60,328 nt of DNA, taken from positions 1 through 60,328 of the forward strand of contig JAQBYT010000022.1 of NCBI GenBank assembly GCA_027622665.1. The letters are read 5' to 3'. This stretch comes from Verrucomicrobiota bacterium. Lineage in GTDB: Bacteria; Verrucomicrobiota; Verrucomicrobiia; Opitutales; Seribacteraceae. The notes beneath the pieces are model-generated. The model did no database searches and was not told the DNA's origin. It saw only the letters and a list, made by a program, of their open reading frames with translations. The translations under genes and the position numbers were made by a program. This document shows positions 47,753 to 58,005 of the stretch, in pieces. Within the stretch, counting starts at the first letter, position 1. Every line of letters begins with the position of its first letter.

Positions 47753-49402
47753 CTACAGAGACATTCCTCGCCTCCAAGGCAGAAAGTCGTCTCGTCCCTG
47801 CCGAACGGCTTTGGTCATTTTTTCTCCGCTGGCATATGCGATGACGGACTCGAACAGTTCATCCCCCATTTCCTCGACTGTGCTTTCCCCTCGGATGATC
47901 GGGCCAGTGTCGAAGTCGATGTATTCTGCGAAGGATTCCGCGAGTTGGCTATTGGTTGATACCTTTACGACCGGGGCTACGGGATTCCCCGTGGGTGTGC
48001 CGAGCCCCGTGGAGAAGAGCATGAGGTTGGCCCCCGCCCCCGCCATTGCGGTGGTCGACTCCACGTCGTTTCCGGCGGTACAGAGCAAGGAAAGGCCGGG
48101 CTTGGAAACCCAACCGGGATAGTCTAGGGCATCGACCACCGGTGAAGTGCCGCCTTTTCGAGCAGCCCCCGCCGACTTTATGGCGTCGGTAATCAAGCCG
48201 TCCTTCACGTTGCCGGGAGAGGGGTTCATGTGAAACCCGGATCCGGCTTCCTTTGCCCGGTCTTCGTAGTTTCGCATGATTTCGATGAAGTGTCGCCCTA
48301 TGGCTGGTTCCGCGCAACGGTTCACCAGTTCCTGCTCAACTCCGCAAAGCTCTGGAAATTCGGAAAGGATTACGCGACCACCCAGAGCAACGGTCAGGTC
48401 GGCGACTCGGCCGAGGGTGGGGTTCGCGGAAATGCCCGAAAACCCGTCGGATGCCCCGCACTCCATGCCTAGGGTAAGCTTGGAGAGAGAGGCAGGTAGA
48501 CGTTCACACTCATTGGCCTTGCGGAGACCTTCGAACGTTTCGCGTATGGCCCGTTCGAGCATATCGCGCTCGGAGGGATGTTTTTGTTGTTCGTATACTA
48601 GAAGGGGTTTGTCGAAACTCGGGTTTCTCTTGGCTATTTCCTCCTCCAGAATGGAAACCTGAGCGTGTTGACAGCCAAGGCTCAATATGGTGACGCCGGC
48701 CACGTTCGGGTGGTTCGCGTATCCCGCCAACAAGCCGCATAGCTCGTTAGATATCCCGCGGGTCTCTCCACAACCAAGGCCGTGGACGAGGAATTTCACT
48801 CCATCGACGTTGGGGAAAATGGGGGAAGGTCGAATTTCTCCCTCCTCGGGCAGGCTGACGCGCGAAAGATCGCCACCCGTTCGGCATGTTTCGGCGAGCT
48901 CCTGGGCAAATGTCTGATAGTGACCGCGTCGCTCGTAGCCCAGTGCTCGAAGCATGGCCTCTCGCAGAAGCTCAACATTCCCGTTTTCGCAGAAGACCAT
49001 GGGGATGACCAGCCAGTGGTTGGCGGTGCCGACGGAGCCATCGCTGCGGTGGAATCCATTAAAGGTTACGTCCTTCCAGCGAGAGACGTCGGGGGCGTTC
49101 CACGATATTTCCTCAGTCTGTTCGCCATATTCCGCCGAGCGATGGGCGAGGTTCTCGGTGGTGAGGGGGCCACCGCGTGGAACGGCTTGGGTGGTCTCCC
49201 CAACAACCACCCCGTACATGGTGGCGAGGTCACCCTTTTCAAAATCCTTGTCGGCAAACTTATGCTTGGCGGAAACATTGTCGGGCAACTCGTAGGTTTC
49301 CCCTTCCACCTCGACGATCTCGCCCGAATGCAAGTCTCGCAACGCCACCACGAGATTGTCCTCGCGGGCGACCTTCATTGCTGTTTTGGGGCTCGAATGC
49401 AT
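47753..49402 (-). CDS. UxaA/altronate dehydratase family protein (SAF + GD_AH)
   Basis: Motifs DNLVVAL, HGLGCG, HPNVAG, ECGASDGFSGISANP and FSTGLGTPTG. Confidence 0.9.
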   Translation of the reverse strand: MHSSPKTAMKVAREDNLVVALRDLHSGEIVEVEGETYELPDNVSAKHKFADKDFEKGDLATMYGVVVGETTQAVPRGGPLTTENLAHRSAEYGEQTEEISWNAPDVSRWKDVTFNGFHRSDGSVGTANHWLVIPMVFCENGNVELLREAMLRALGYERRGHYQTFAQELAETCRTGGDLSRVSLPEEGEIRPSPIFPNVDGVKFLVHGLGCGETRGISNELCGLLAGYANHPNVAGVTILSLGCQHAQVSILEEEIAKRNPSFDKPLLVYEQQKHPSERDMLERAIRETFEGLRKANECERLPASLSKLTLGMECGASDGFSGISANPTLGRVADLTVALGGRVILSEFPELCGVEQELVNRCAEPAIGRHFIEIMRNYEDRAKEAGSGFHMNPSPGNVKDGLITDAIKSAGAARKGGTSPVVDALDYPGWVSKPGLSLLCTAGNDVESTTAMAGAGANLMLFSTGLGTPTGNPVAPVVKVSTNSQLAESFAEYIDFDTGPIIRGESTVEEMGDELFESVIAYASGEKMTKAVRQGRDDFLPWRRGMSL

Positions 49403-49599
49403 AGCAGAGTCTTATGCTTGGAAAGCTTGGATAAGACAACGTTGAAAGCTTTAAGGAAATTATGACACGCTCACGGGTTGCGATCGAGATTATCATTCAT
49501 AGGTTTAAGGGCATGTAGTTAAGCGCTCCGAAAGCAAGCATCCGTAGAAACCCGTTCAGTGCGGGTTACCAACCGGGCGAGGGGATCGCCACGGTGGTA

Positions 49600-50518
49600 C
49601 AAGGCCATAGGCCGGGATGCGCGGTATGGAGCGCACTGGGGACCCGGACCGGAAGTCCTCAAGGTTAAGATTTCAACCTGTATAGAGACCTTGTCCGAGG
49701 AAGAGGATGAAATTCGCTCCCTGTCCGACGACCAGAACATTGTCCTCGGATTTGCCGAGGACTCGCCCGAGACCAATTACCTGCCCGCTGCTGATTGGCT
49801 CGCCAATCGAATCGGGAGCTGCCTGGAGGCTTGGCGCTCGCGTAGTGTCCATGACTTCGGGCCCGACCTCAAGGTTTTGCCGATTCTACGACGGGTAGGG
49901 GCTTGTTCGTCGACGAGCTGGGAATGGGAACGTCTCACGGTCAGTCTCCAACACCGCAAGGGAATCGATTACGAACTGCAGTACCGGAAACGGTTTCCCT
50001 TTCTCGCAGACACCTTGAGCGCACTCGAGAAACAGTCCGAACTGACTGGGCTATCCTCCACCTTTGGGATCGAGAAGTTTTATCTCAACGGCGCGGGTGA
50101 CTTTTGCCAAGGCGGGCCCCAGGGCGACAATGGCCTGAGCGGCAGGAAACTGGTGGTGGACCATTATGGTCCGGCGGTCCCGATTGGCGGAGGAGCCCTC
50201 TGCGGGAAGGATCCGCACAAGATAGATCGGGTAGGTCCACTGCGAGCCCGCCAACTTGCCAAGCGTCTATGCAAGACGCACGGCGAACCGGTGCGCGTGC
50301 GACTTGGCTGGTCTCCGGGAGAAGCCGAGCCTTTTCTTGTGGAAGCCCATTTGCGGGCTACCGGTGGGTGGCAGGAACTTGCAGTCAATCAATTGCCTCC
50401 CCGTGACTGGTTCGGCATCGACGTTATTTTCAGGGATCTCGATCTCGGGATCGTCGATTGGCCGAAAGTGGCTCTGTCGGGCTACTTCCAAAACCCCGAC
50501 CTGCCTTGGGAAAGTTGA
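49600..50518 (+). pseudogene. 5'-truncated divergent S-adenosylmethionine synthetase (MetK-like)
   Basis: SDDQ...G and GGPQGDNGLSGRKLVVDHYG...GGGALCGKDPHKIDRVG are present. The N-terminal GHPDK motif and a credible start are absent. Confidence 0.7.
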
Positions 50519-50523
50519 AAGAC

Positions 50524-53500
50524 CTATTCGGTTCTCCAGTCCTGGGCGGAGCGATCGTAGAGGCGGACGGTGTCGGAGGCCGCTTGAAGGTCGAGGTAGG
50601 TCCAGGCGGTGGTCGCGTGATGATAAAGGTGGGGGTAGAGATCGGGTCGTGTCCAGAGCCAACCGCTCTTTGCTCGCCAGATCCAGAGCGCGTTTTCTTC
50701 GCCTTCGGAAACATAGGTCCAGCCAAGGCGGGCATGGTAGATCCACGGGTAACTCCGGGCGTGGAAAAAACCAAACCACGGCAGGCTTTTCCAATGGGCT
50801 TCCAGCGAGGTGGCATTTTGGTCGAGGGCTGAGGCCGGTCGAAATTTCCAACCGGGCGAGGAGGCGTGGGCGAGCGAGACGGGAACCTCGTCCGCCTTGA
50901 ATACCCGGAATAGGGATTCGTCCAGAACCGTCCAGTCTTCGACCGTGCCCGAACGGCGGGCTTTAAGGGTTCGTCGTTCCGTGGATGGGGGAATGGGCAG
51001 GTATTCGACCCCGTAGTTTCCCACGGGTATGCGAATGCCGTCGGGGGACGAGACGAAATGCCCGATGGTCGGGTAGAGGTTTCCCGATAGCATAGCATTG
51101 GGCCACTCGTACGGGGAGTCGATTTGGTTGACGTCGGCGACTCGGACGCCGTTGGTTGTTCGGCCGATGAGGTAGGAGCCGTCGGTTGCCAGTGCCGTTA
51201 GGTTTTCACCTTTGAAAAGGCCGGATGTCTTGGCAAAGAGGCCCGACTCGTCTATTCGGTATCCATCGACTCCCGGGGACTGCGAGTTCGACAGACCGAC
51301 AAAGACATTGCCTTTTGCAACGGCGAGCGGGCCCGAGGTGCCGGAAAGGTCGAGTTCATCGAGGTAGTAGGCGAGGGTGCCGTCGTAGGCGCAAGCAGTC
51401 AAGGAGCGACCATAACGCTCGGTTTCGGGGATGATTTTGTTTTCGCCGGAGTCGTCATCGAGGTTGATGGGCATGGGGCGGTAAATACCGATGGAGGTAT
51501 CCTTGCTTTCCGCGAAAAGGTAGGCTTCTTGCGAGCCTTCTTCCAGTTGGTGTACACCTGCCAGTAGACCGGGCAGTGACGCCGTGGCGAGGATCTTGGG
51601 GCTCTTCGGCTCAGTTAGGTCGAATCCGTGGAGACTGGAGTTTACGTCCGAGTTCACGACTCGCCAAGTCTCCTTGGAATCGTAGAGGTGATTGGTGACC
51701 GTGGACCCGTACAGGATGCGGTTCTGCAGCAGGAAGGGTTCGCTCCATTGAACGTTGCCCGCGAGAGTGATGCTGGCGTTGGCTTCGTGAACGAGGGTCG
51801 ATCCCGCCAAGTTTTCCTCGAAGGTGAAGGTGTGCGCCTCGACGGTTGCCGACCCGTAGCTCGGATAGGGGTACATGACGTCGTCCATCATAATGCTTGA
51901 TCGCCTGTATTCGTAAGGTAAGTAAGTTTGACCCTTTTTGCCGATGGTAGCCCAGCAAACGGTTTTTTCATCGAGTATGAAGGCCTTCAATTCGGGGCGG
52001 TAGGTTCCGCTCTTCAGTTTTACCTCGGCGGATGCCAACCTTATTGCGGAACCGTTGGCTTCCAAATCGTAGACCTCGGCCACTAGCTTCCCGTTGTTTG
52101 CCAGAGCGAGATGAAGCTTCCCCGCATGGACAAGGCTGCCGGCTATTGTGCCCCCGCCGAGGTTCAGCGAACTGATCAGCTCGTCGGGAGTTGCCGTTTT
52201 TGTTACGCGTAGCGTGGCGTTTGCATCCTGCGAAGATATTCCCCAGCCCCAATAGTATCCGCCTTGGTCTTCGATCTGGAGAAGGTGTTCGCCTGAAAGG
52301 TGGATACGGTCGACCTTCCATGCGAGAGGCATTTGGGCCAAGGGTTTCGGGTTTTCACGGTCGGCGAAATCGGTCACCCGGAGCTCGTTTCCCGAAATCG
52401 AGAATATGTGCATCCCGGTTTCATCGGGGGCTGCTCGGCGTGCTTGGAAGCGGTGTGTGATTTCGCCTCTTGTGACCAGGCCCGTATTCGTCACTTCGAG
52501 GATCTGCACCTTTTTGACGTATCCTCCTTCTTCCCATGATTGAAAGGGAATCAGGAAAAGGTTTTGGGAGGGCAACTGTCCGATAGCCTTTTCGTCGTAG
52601 TTGGCCTCACTCCACGAATAAGCCCCTTCTTTCCCCATGAACACCCGATAGGCGAGGCGCGGGTTTTCCTTATCGGAAATGTCGAAAAGGGAAGCGGTTA
52701 CCCGTCCTTCTTCCACGCCCACGGCGAAAAGTTGGTCGCCCATGGGCTGGATGTATTCGGACCAACCGGGAACGATCAGCTCGGATATTAGGCGGGGTGT
52801 CTTTGGTTTCGTCAGATCGATGATGAAGAGGGGATCGGTGCGGAGAAAGGTTACGACGTATGCGTAGTCGCCGTCGAAACGGGTGGCGTACAAAGTTTCC
52901 CGTTCGGCCAGTTCCATTGAGCCGAGGCGTTTTCCCGTTGAGAGCTTGAAAGTCTCCAGCAGTGAATATCTGGCTCTCCAACTTTCCTCACGGTAGGCTT
53001 GCGAGATGACGGTGAGGATGCCGTTGCGGATGCGGAGCTTGAACTTGTCGAGTACGCGACCACCGGGTTTTACCTCGGTTACCTGTTCGGGGACGCCCGT
53101 AAAGCCCGTGAGGTCGAATACGTGAACGAGGTGCTTGTTGTAATAATCAGAGGGGTCTCGGGTCACGACCATCAGGTTACTGTTTGTGGCGGAGATGACT
53201 TGAGGCGCTCCCGCGAGAATTTTCTCATCGATTTTTCGAGGATTGTCGGGATCGCTTAGGTCGAAAGTGGCGAGGCGCGTACTGTAGGAGAAGGACCAGT
53301 TTTGCCATGCCATCTTGTCTTTTTCCCATTTTTCGGAGAGCACGTAGAGCTTGTCCCCGACCATGCGGCTTTCCTTATAACTGGCATCGAGGTCAAGGCG
53401 TGCCACTTCGGAAATTTCCGAACCGTCCAGTTTCAACACCCTTACTTCCGACGAATATGGCCAGCCTTGATCGGCTTTGCGGGCCAGCAAAAATGCATAG

Positions 53501-54123
53501 TCTCCGTCATCCGTGACGTACATTTGCTCGCCAGATGCGGGTAACCGGTGTCGGGCGATCACCTTTGGATCATTGGGTTGGGAGAGGTCGACCACCTGCA
53601 ACCCTCGCATTTGATTGAAGAAATAGAGCCTGTCTCCCGATAGTCGCCAAACATCGGACTCCTGCACGTTGTCCGTGCCGTCGTCCGAAGCTTCGGCGCT
53701 ATCTGCCACTGCGCTAAAGGCTAATTCTGCAGTTCGAAATTGAGCGGATGCGGACGAAGCATCCCCCTCTCTAGCTCCAAATTTGCTACGACCTTCGTAA
53801 AAGGAATAGGGAAGGGGATCGGAATTGTTCCACCTGACTCGCACGCGACTTCGGTCCACGTCGAAAGGTATCTCCAAGTAAATCTTGCCCGCCCGCGACC
53901 CTGGAAGGTGTCCTGTCTTTACTGCGTCCCATTCACCTGTTTCTTTATCACGTATTTCGAGACGAACCCGTTTAGCTTCCGCCGGGGCGGAAACCTCGAC
54001 CACGTCTCCCTTTTTTAACCAAATCGAAGCTTGGTTCCAATTTTCGCCAACTGCGAAGGCAGCATTCGCAATTATCGCGAAGCCGAAGCTTGCGATGATA
54101 AAAGGGTGGCAAGCTCGGTTCAA
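50524..54123 (-). CDS. Secreted beta-propeller domain protein (Beta_propel type) with a Trp-rich C-terminal domain
   Basis: Signal peptide; VQESDV, ERETLYATRF.GDYAYVVTF.RTDPLFIIDL and VPGWSEY. Confidence 0.82.
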   Translation of the reverse strand: MNRACHPFIIASFGFAIIANAAFAVGENWNQASIWLKKGDVVEVSAPAEAKRVRLEIRDKETGEWDAVKTGHLPGSRAGKIYLEIPFDVDRSRVRVRWNNSDPLPYSFYEGRSKFGAREGDASSASAQFRTAELAFSAVADSAEASDDGTDNVQESDVWRLSGDRLYFFNQMRGLQVVDLSQPNDPKVIARHRLPASGEQMYVTDDGDYAFLLARKADQGWPYSSEVRVLKLDGSEISEVARLDLDASYKESRMVGDKLYVLSEKWEKDKMAWQNWSFSYSTRLATFDLSDPDNPRKIDEKILAGAPQVISATNSNLMVVTRDPSDYYNKHLVHVFDLTGFTGVPEQVTEVKPGGRVLDKFKLRIRNGILTVISQAYREESWRARYSLLETFKLSTGKRLGSMELAERETLYATRFDGDYAYVVTFLRTDPLFIIDLTKPKTPRLISELIVPGWSEYIQPMGDQLFAVGVEEGRVTASLFDISDKENPRLAYRVFMGKEGAYSWSEANYDEKAIGQLPSQNLFLIPFQSWEEGGYVKKVQILEVTNTGLVTRGEITHRFQARRAAPDETGMHIFSISGNELRVTDFADRENPKPLAQMPLAWKVDRIHLSGEHLLQIEDQGGYYWGWGISSQDANATLRVTKTATPDELISSLNLGGGTIAGSLVHAGKLHLALANNGKLVAEVYDLEANGSAIRLASAEVKLKSGTYRPELKAFILDEKTVCWATIGKKGQTYLPYEYRRSSIMMDDVMYPYPSYGSATVEAHTFTFEENLAGSTLVHEANASITLAGNVQWSEPFLLQNRILYGSTVTNHLYDSKETWRVVNSDVNSSLHGFDLTEPKSPKILATASLPGLLAGVHQLEEGSQEAYLFAESKDTSIGIYRPMPINLDDDSGENKIIPETERYGRSLTACAYDGTLAYYLDELDLSGTSGPLAVAKGNVFVGLSNSQSPGVDGYRIDESGLFAKTSGLFKGENLTALATDGSYLIGRTTNGVRVADVNQIDSPYEWPNAMLSGNLYPTIGHFVSSPDGIRIPVGNYGVEYLPIPPSTERRTLKARRSGTVEDWTVLDESLFRVFKADEVPVSLAHASSPGWKFRPASALDQNATSLEAHWKSLPWFGFFHARSYPWIYHARLGWTYVSEGEENALWIWRAKSGWLWTRPDLYPHLYHHATTAWTYLDLQAASDTVRLYDRSAQDWRTE

Positions 54124-54133
54124 GGTCTTGGGT

Positions 54134-55285
54134 TCAGGATCCCGTGAAGCGTTCGGCGTTCTTGACCCAGTTTCCCGGGCCGCCTTTCATGTATCCGCTC
54201 TTCCCCTTTACTTTGCCCCCGGCATCGAGAAACAGAATGGTGGGGTAACCGCGAACGTCGCTGCCCACGCGCTTCTTGATTTCTCTTGCGTCGCCTAAAG
54301 TCGGTTTGCTGCGGGGGAAGTCGGCCTCCAGAAGAACAACGTTTTCCTCGGCCCAATCCTTGAACTCGTCTTGAGAGAAAACTTCCTTTTTAAGGCGTAT
54401 GCACCATCCGCACCAATCGCTCCCCGTGAAGTTTACGAGTACGGTCTTGTCGCTTTTCTTCGCTTCCTTCAAAGCATCGTCGAGGTTGGTCAGCCACTTG
54501 GCATCGGATCCCCCCCTCTTTTTCTTCTCGCTTGAATTAGCAGTGTCGGTGGGTGTGGAGGTGCCGGATTTGGTCCATTTGGCCAACGCGCCTTTCGGGT
54601 TGCCCGATACGTCGCCGCGACCGTTCTTGGTGATGGTTTCCCCGTCAGGTGAAACAATGATCAGTGCCGGTATGCCGCTTACGCCGTATTTGGCCGCAAG
54701 ACTATTTGCCGCCTTGCCTCGGTGAGGCAATGTAAGCCATTTCATGTTCGATTCTTCCATGTAGCCCATTTGAGCCTGTGGACTTCTGTCGGAGCTGACA
54801 AAGACGATCTCGAAGTCGTCTTTGTTCTGATCGCGAAATTTAACGAGATTTGGAGTGAACGTTCTGCAAGGCGGGCACCAGTGCGCGGAAAAATAAAAAC
54901 CCACGGTTTTGCCCGCCAATTGGTCTCGAGAAACTTCTTTGCCATGCGAATCCAGCAAGTTTTCAGGAAGCAGATCGGCCAATCCGCCCTCGAGCGTGGC
55001 TTTGTTATCCTTTTCGGTGCCCGTGTTGCTGTCGCTTTCGGTCTTGGTCTGGACTTTCTCTTGTTCGTCGGCCCACTTCATTATGCGGACTTGATCTTCG
55101 GGCACAAGCTTGGCTAGCGGTAGGTTGAGTTTCCTTCCGCCGGTGGTCTTCAGGACCACCGTGCGGTTGGCGTACTCCATTAATTCCGCTTCCAAGGTGG
55201 TGCCTGCCGTACTCGTCCAAGTCCGGGTTTCAGCCGAGGTCCAGACTGTAGAGTAAAGAAATAGGCAAAGAATAATTTTTTTCAT
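54134..55285 (-). CDS. Secreted SHD1 + two thioredoxin-like domains
   Basis: ETRTWTS..G.TLEAE (SHD1), YFSAHWCPPCR and FTGSDWCGWC. Confidence 0.85.
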   Translation of the reverse strand: MKKIILCLFLYSTVWTSAETRTWTSTAGTTLEAELMEYANRTVVLKTTGGRKLNLPLAKLVPEDQVRIMKWADEQEKVQTKTESDSNTGTEKDNKATLEGGLADLLPENLLDSHGKEVSRDQLAGKTVGFYFSAHWCPPCRTFTPNLVKFRDQNKDDFEIVFVSSDRSPQAQMGYMEESNMKWLTLPHRGKAANSLAAKYGVSGIPALIIVSPDGETITKNGRGDVSGNPKGALAKWTKSGTSTPTDTANSSEKKKRGGSDAKWLTNLDDALKEAKKSDKTVLVNFTGSDWCGWCIRLKKEVFSQDEFKDWAEENVVLLEADFPRSKPTLGDAREIKKRVGSDVRGYPTILFLDAGGKVKGKSGYMKGGPGNWVKNAERFTGS

Positions 55286-55487
55286 CGGTCGCTCCTTCTG
55301 TGGTCGTTCTTACTCCCCCTTGAGGTTCACGGGGATTACATGATTGTCATTAATCTATAGAGTGACAGTCCCGAGAAAGCAAGGGATTCGCTTTTTTTTC
55401 TTGCCCGAGGCATTCCTTTTGATGGTGATGTATGTTCATCTTTTTTGACACCCTTAAAGCTAACCCTCACACACAAAGGAAATCGGA

Positions 55488-56507
55488 ATGAGCAACGCAT
55501 CTCTAAAACTTCATAATGCCATGTGGCCCGGACTCGTGGGCAAGGGAGGCGATGAAGGGCAAGAGCCCCCCATCAGTCTCGAACGGATGCTCGATCTTTC
55601 CGCAGGAGCCGATGTGGATGGCCAAAAGTTCGATGGCATCGATTATTTCCTCTTCCTCCCTCACACCAACCCCGAAGCTTCCGACGATGAGTTGAAGGCA
55701 ATTGCGGATAGCATCACCGGACGTGGCTTTGCCATCGGCTCGCTAGTGGCTCCCGTTTGGCCCGGAACGGTGGGCGATTCCGCCATGGGGACGGCGGAAC
55801 AACGCGGAAAATTTATCGATGCGGTTAAGATGGCTTGCCGTATTGCGAAGGTCTTCAACGAACACGGAGCCCGTAACTACGGCGTGATCCGCATCGACTC
55901 GGCTGAGTTCGGGGTGGAGAAGTGGCGCGAGGATACTGGCGCCAACACCGCCATCATCGTCGAAACTTTCAAGGAAGCCGCCAGAATAGCTGCCGATCAT
56001 GGCGAGCGTCTTGCTGCAGAGGGTGAAATTTGCTGGGCGGGTATGCATAGCTGGAAGGATATGCTGGACTTACTCGAGGGCGTTGGTATGCCCGAAACCC
56101 TTGGCTTCCAAGCCGACCTCGCTCACACCTACCTCTACACCTTGGGTTACAATGCTCCCGAGCACGTACTGTTGCAGGAAGGTTACTCCGAGGAAGAGTT
56201 CTATGCCGCCTACGAGCAGATGACAGACAAGCTTCGTCCATGGACCATCGACTTCCACGTTGCCCAGAACGATGGACAGGTTCACGGAGCCGGTTCTCAC
56301 GATAAGACGGGGAAGCACTGCCCCGCGGACGATCCGAATGGGAAACTAGATATCACGCGCTGCTCTCAATACTGGCTCAAGGATTTTGAAAGTCGTGGCA
56401 TCAAGCACATCTGCTGGGATGGTTGCATGTTCCCCAACTCCACTTTGGAGAATCCCGAGACTTGGAACGTCATCCTCAAGGCGATGCTCGACGTGCGCGA
56501 CTCCTAG
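55488..56507 (+). CDS. Sugar isomerase/epimerase, xylose-isomerase-like TIM barrel
   Basis: Motifs [28 protein letters not shown] and CWDGCM. Substrate unknown. Confidence 0.8.
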   Translation: MSNASLKLHNAMWPGLVGKGGDEGQEPPISLERMLDLSAGADVDGQKFDGIDYFLFLPHTNPEASDDELKAIADSITGRGFAIGSLVAPVWPGTVGDSAMGTAEQRGKFIDAVKMACRIAKVFNEHGARNYGVIRIDSAEFGVEKWREDTGANTAIIVETFKEAARIAADHGERLAAEGEICWAGMHSWKDMLDLLEGVGMPETLGFQADLAHTYLYTLGYNAPEHVLLQEGYSEEEFYAAYEQMTDKLRPWTIDFHVAQNDGQVHGAGSHDKTGKHCPADDPNGKLDITRCSQYWLKDFESRGIKHICWDGCMFPNSTLENPETWNVILKAMLDVRDS

Positions 56508-56759
56508 TCGTAATTCAGCGGCAGTCTGCTAAGCGGTCTCCCGAGCACGGAGAGGTTTCATCCTCTCTTCTTGTGGCTTAGGTCGCCGGATGTTCTTTTA
56601 GCCTGATTCTGGCTGGAAATACTAATCATGTTCTATTTCTGGCAAGGGAATTATTGGCTTTCAATAAGTTTAACAATCATTATTGGTTAGTTCTTCTTAT
56701 CCCGGAAGTAAGGCGGGCTAAAGAAGATGAGGTCAATCGGATTTCGACTTGTAGATTTC

Positions 56760-57313
56760 ATGGCACGTGGAAATCGTCGGGAGAATATTGTTCTGGGTGA
56801 CGACGACCGCTGGATGTTCCTGCACACTCTGGGAGAGATGGCCGGACGAGCCAGCCAATCGATTCCGGCAAAATCCTCTGGCAGGGCCAAAGTCTGCAAT
56901 CCACCTTGAAACGAGGCTGGTATTTTGGAGCACAGGAGTTTCGGGAGAAACTACTTTCCTGTCTGGAAACAGAAAAAGCTAATTTGGAAAGAAAAACCCC
57001 AAGGCGATACACCGGTTGAGAACTCAAAGCCTATGACGAGCAAGTGGCGGAAGCCATCGTGCGTGCGGGTTTGAAAGAGCTGGGGCTTGCACACAGCGCA
57101 CTGGCTGATCTCCCGAAGAACGCTCCAGCCAAAGCCCTGCTAGCGCACATCATCACGGAACAAACCAGCGTGCCGCAACAATGGATCGCGCAAACCCTTC
57201 ACATGGGCAGTGCCCCCTATGTCAGCAAACTGGCCAAGGAAATGAAGCAAGCCATACCAAGGAGCAAAAAATGGCGAGATGTTAAACAGAGCATTATAAG
57301 ATTTATCACCTGA
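56760..57313 (+). pseudogene. Internally deleted RAYT (REP-associated tyrosine transposase, IS200/Y1-like)
   Basis: MARGNRRENI...DDDR..FL.TLGE at 56760, then in another frame LKRGWYFGAQEFREKL (stop at 57017) and KALLA...TSVPQQWIAQTLHMG. The HUH and catalytic-Tyr core is missing. Confidence 0.8.
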
Positions 57314-57338
57314 CCCTTTTCTTTACGGTGTGGAGTGG

Positions 57339-57757
57339 CGGGGGCGGATGCGGGAGTTGCCCTGCGCGGTCGCTGGATTGCCACGTCGCTGCGCTCCTCG
57401 CAATGACAATGTTGTGGGCATGGTGTTTCATCCCGGTATTTCGGGCGCATCCCCCAAAGTTGTCATTGCGAGGAAGGTCTCGCAGAGAACTGACGTGGCA
57501 ATCCAGTCGGGGGCGGATGCGGGAGTTGCCCTGCGCGGTCGCTGGATTGCCACATCGCTGCGCTCCTCGCAATGACAATGTTGTGGGCATGGTGTTTCAT
57601 CCCGGTATTTCGGGCGCATCCCACAAAGTTGTCATTGCGAGGAAGGTCTCGTAGAGAACTGACCTGGCAATCCAGTCGGGGGCGTGGTGCGGGATGCCCG
57701 AGGCGATGCGTCCCCCAAGGCTGTCATTGCGAGCCACAACGTGGCGCGGCAATCCAG
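57339..57757. repeat. REP/BIME-like array: 169-bp tandem unit x2 plus an extra palindrome
   Basis: Units start at 57339, 57508 and 57677 (partial). Each holds an inverted pair ctggattgccac...ctcgcaatgac / gtcattgcgag...ggcaatccag; a fifth element lies at 57723-57757. Confidence 0.9.
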
Positions 57758-57802
57758 CGAAACCGTAATGCGGGATGCCCAAGCGATGCGTCTCCCCTTT
57801 AG

Positions 57803-58005
57803 AAGGCAGGAAAGGGGTCATTTCGTAATGTTTAAGGTTGCCTTTGCTTTCAGTATGTGGATGTTCCTTTGTTTATGGCGCGAAGTTTACGAATTGAACG
57901 AGCCAAGGGAGTGTGTCATATCATCAACCGTGGCAATGACCGGCAGAAGGATATTGCTTATTATGAATTTATTCGTACATTACGCAATGACCTCATCTAT
58001 GCCTT
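57803..58005 (+). mobile_element. RAYT-derived miniature element, copy 1
   Basis: Left end aaggcaggaaaggggtcatttcgtaatgt; encodes MARSLRIERAKGVCHIINRGNDRQ; degenerate right inverted end acattacgcaatgacctcatctatgcctt. Confidence 0.8.

Noticed and set aside
55488..56507. Specific assignment as apiose or xylose isomerase
   Set aside because: The fold is recognisable, but the substrate cannot be fixed without a search or pathway neighbours.
57339..57757. Possible CRISPR array
   Set aside because: The repeats alternate in orientation, the intervening sequences are near-identical rather than unique spacers, and there are no cas genes in the window.
57306..57821. Short ORFs across the palindrome array
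   Set aside because: They are translations of repeat DNA in several frames with no coding signal.
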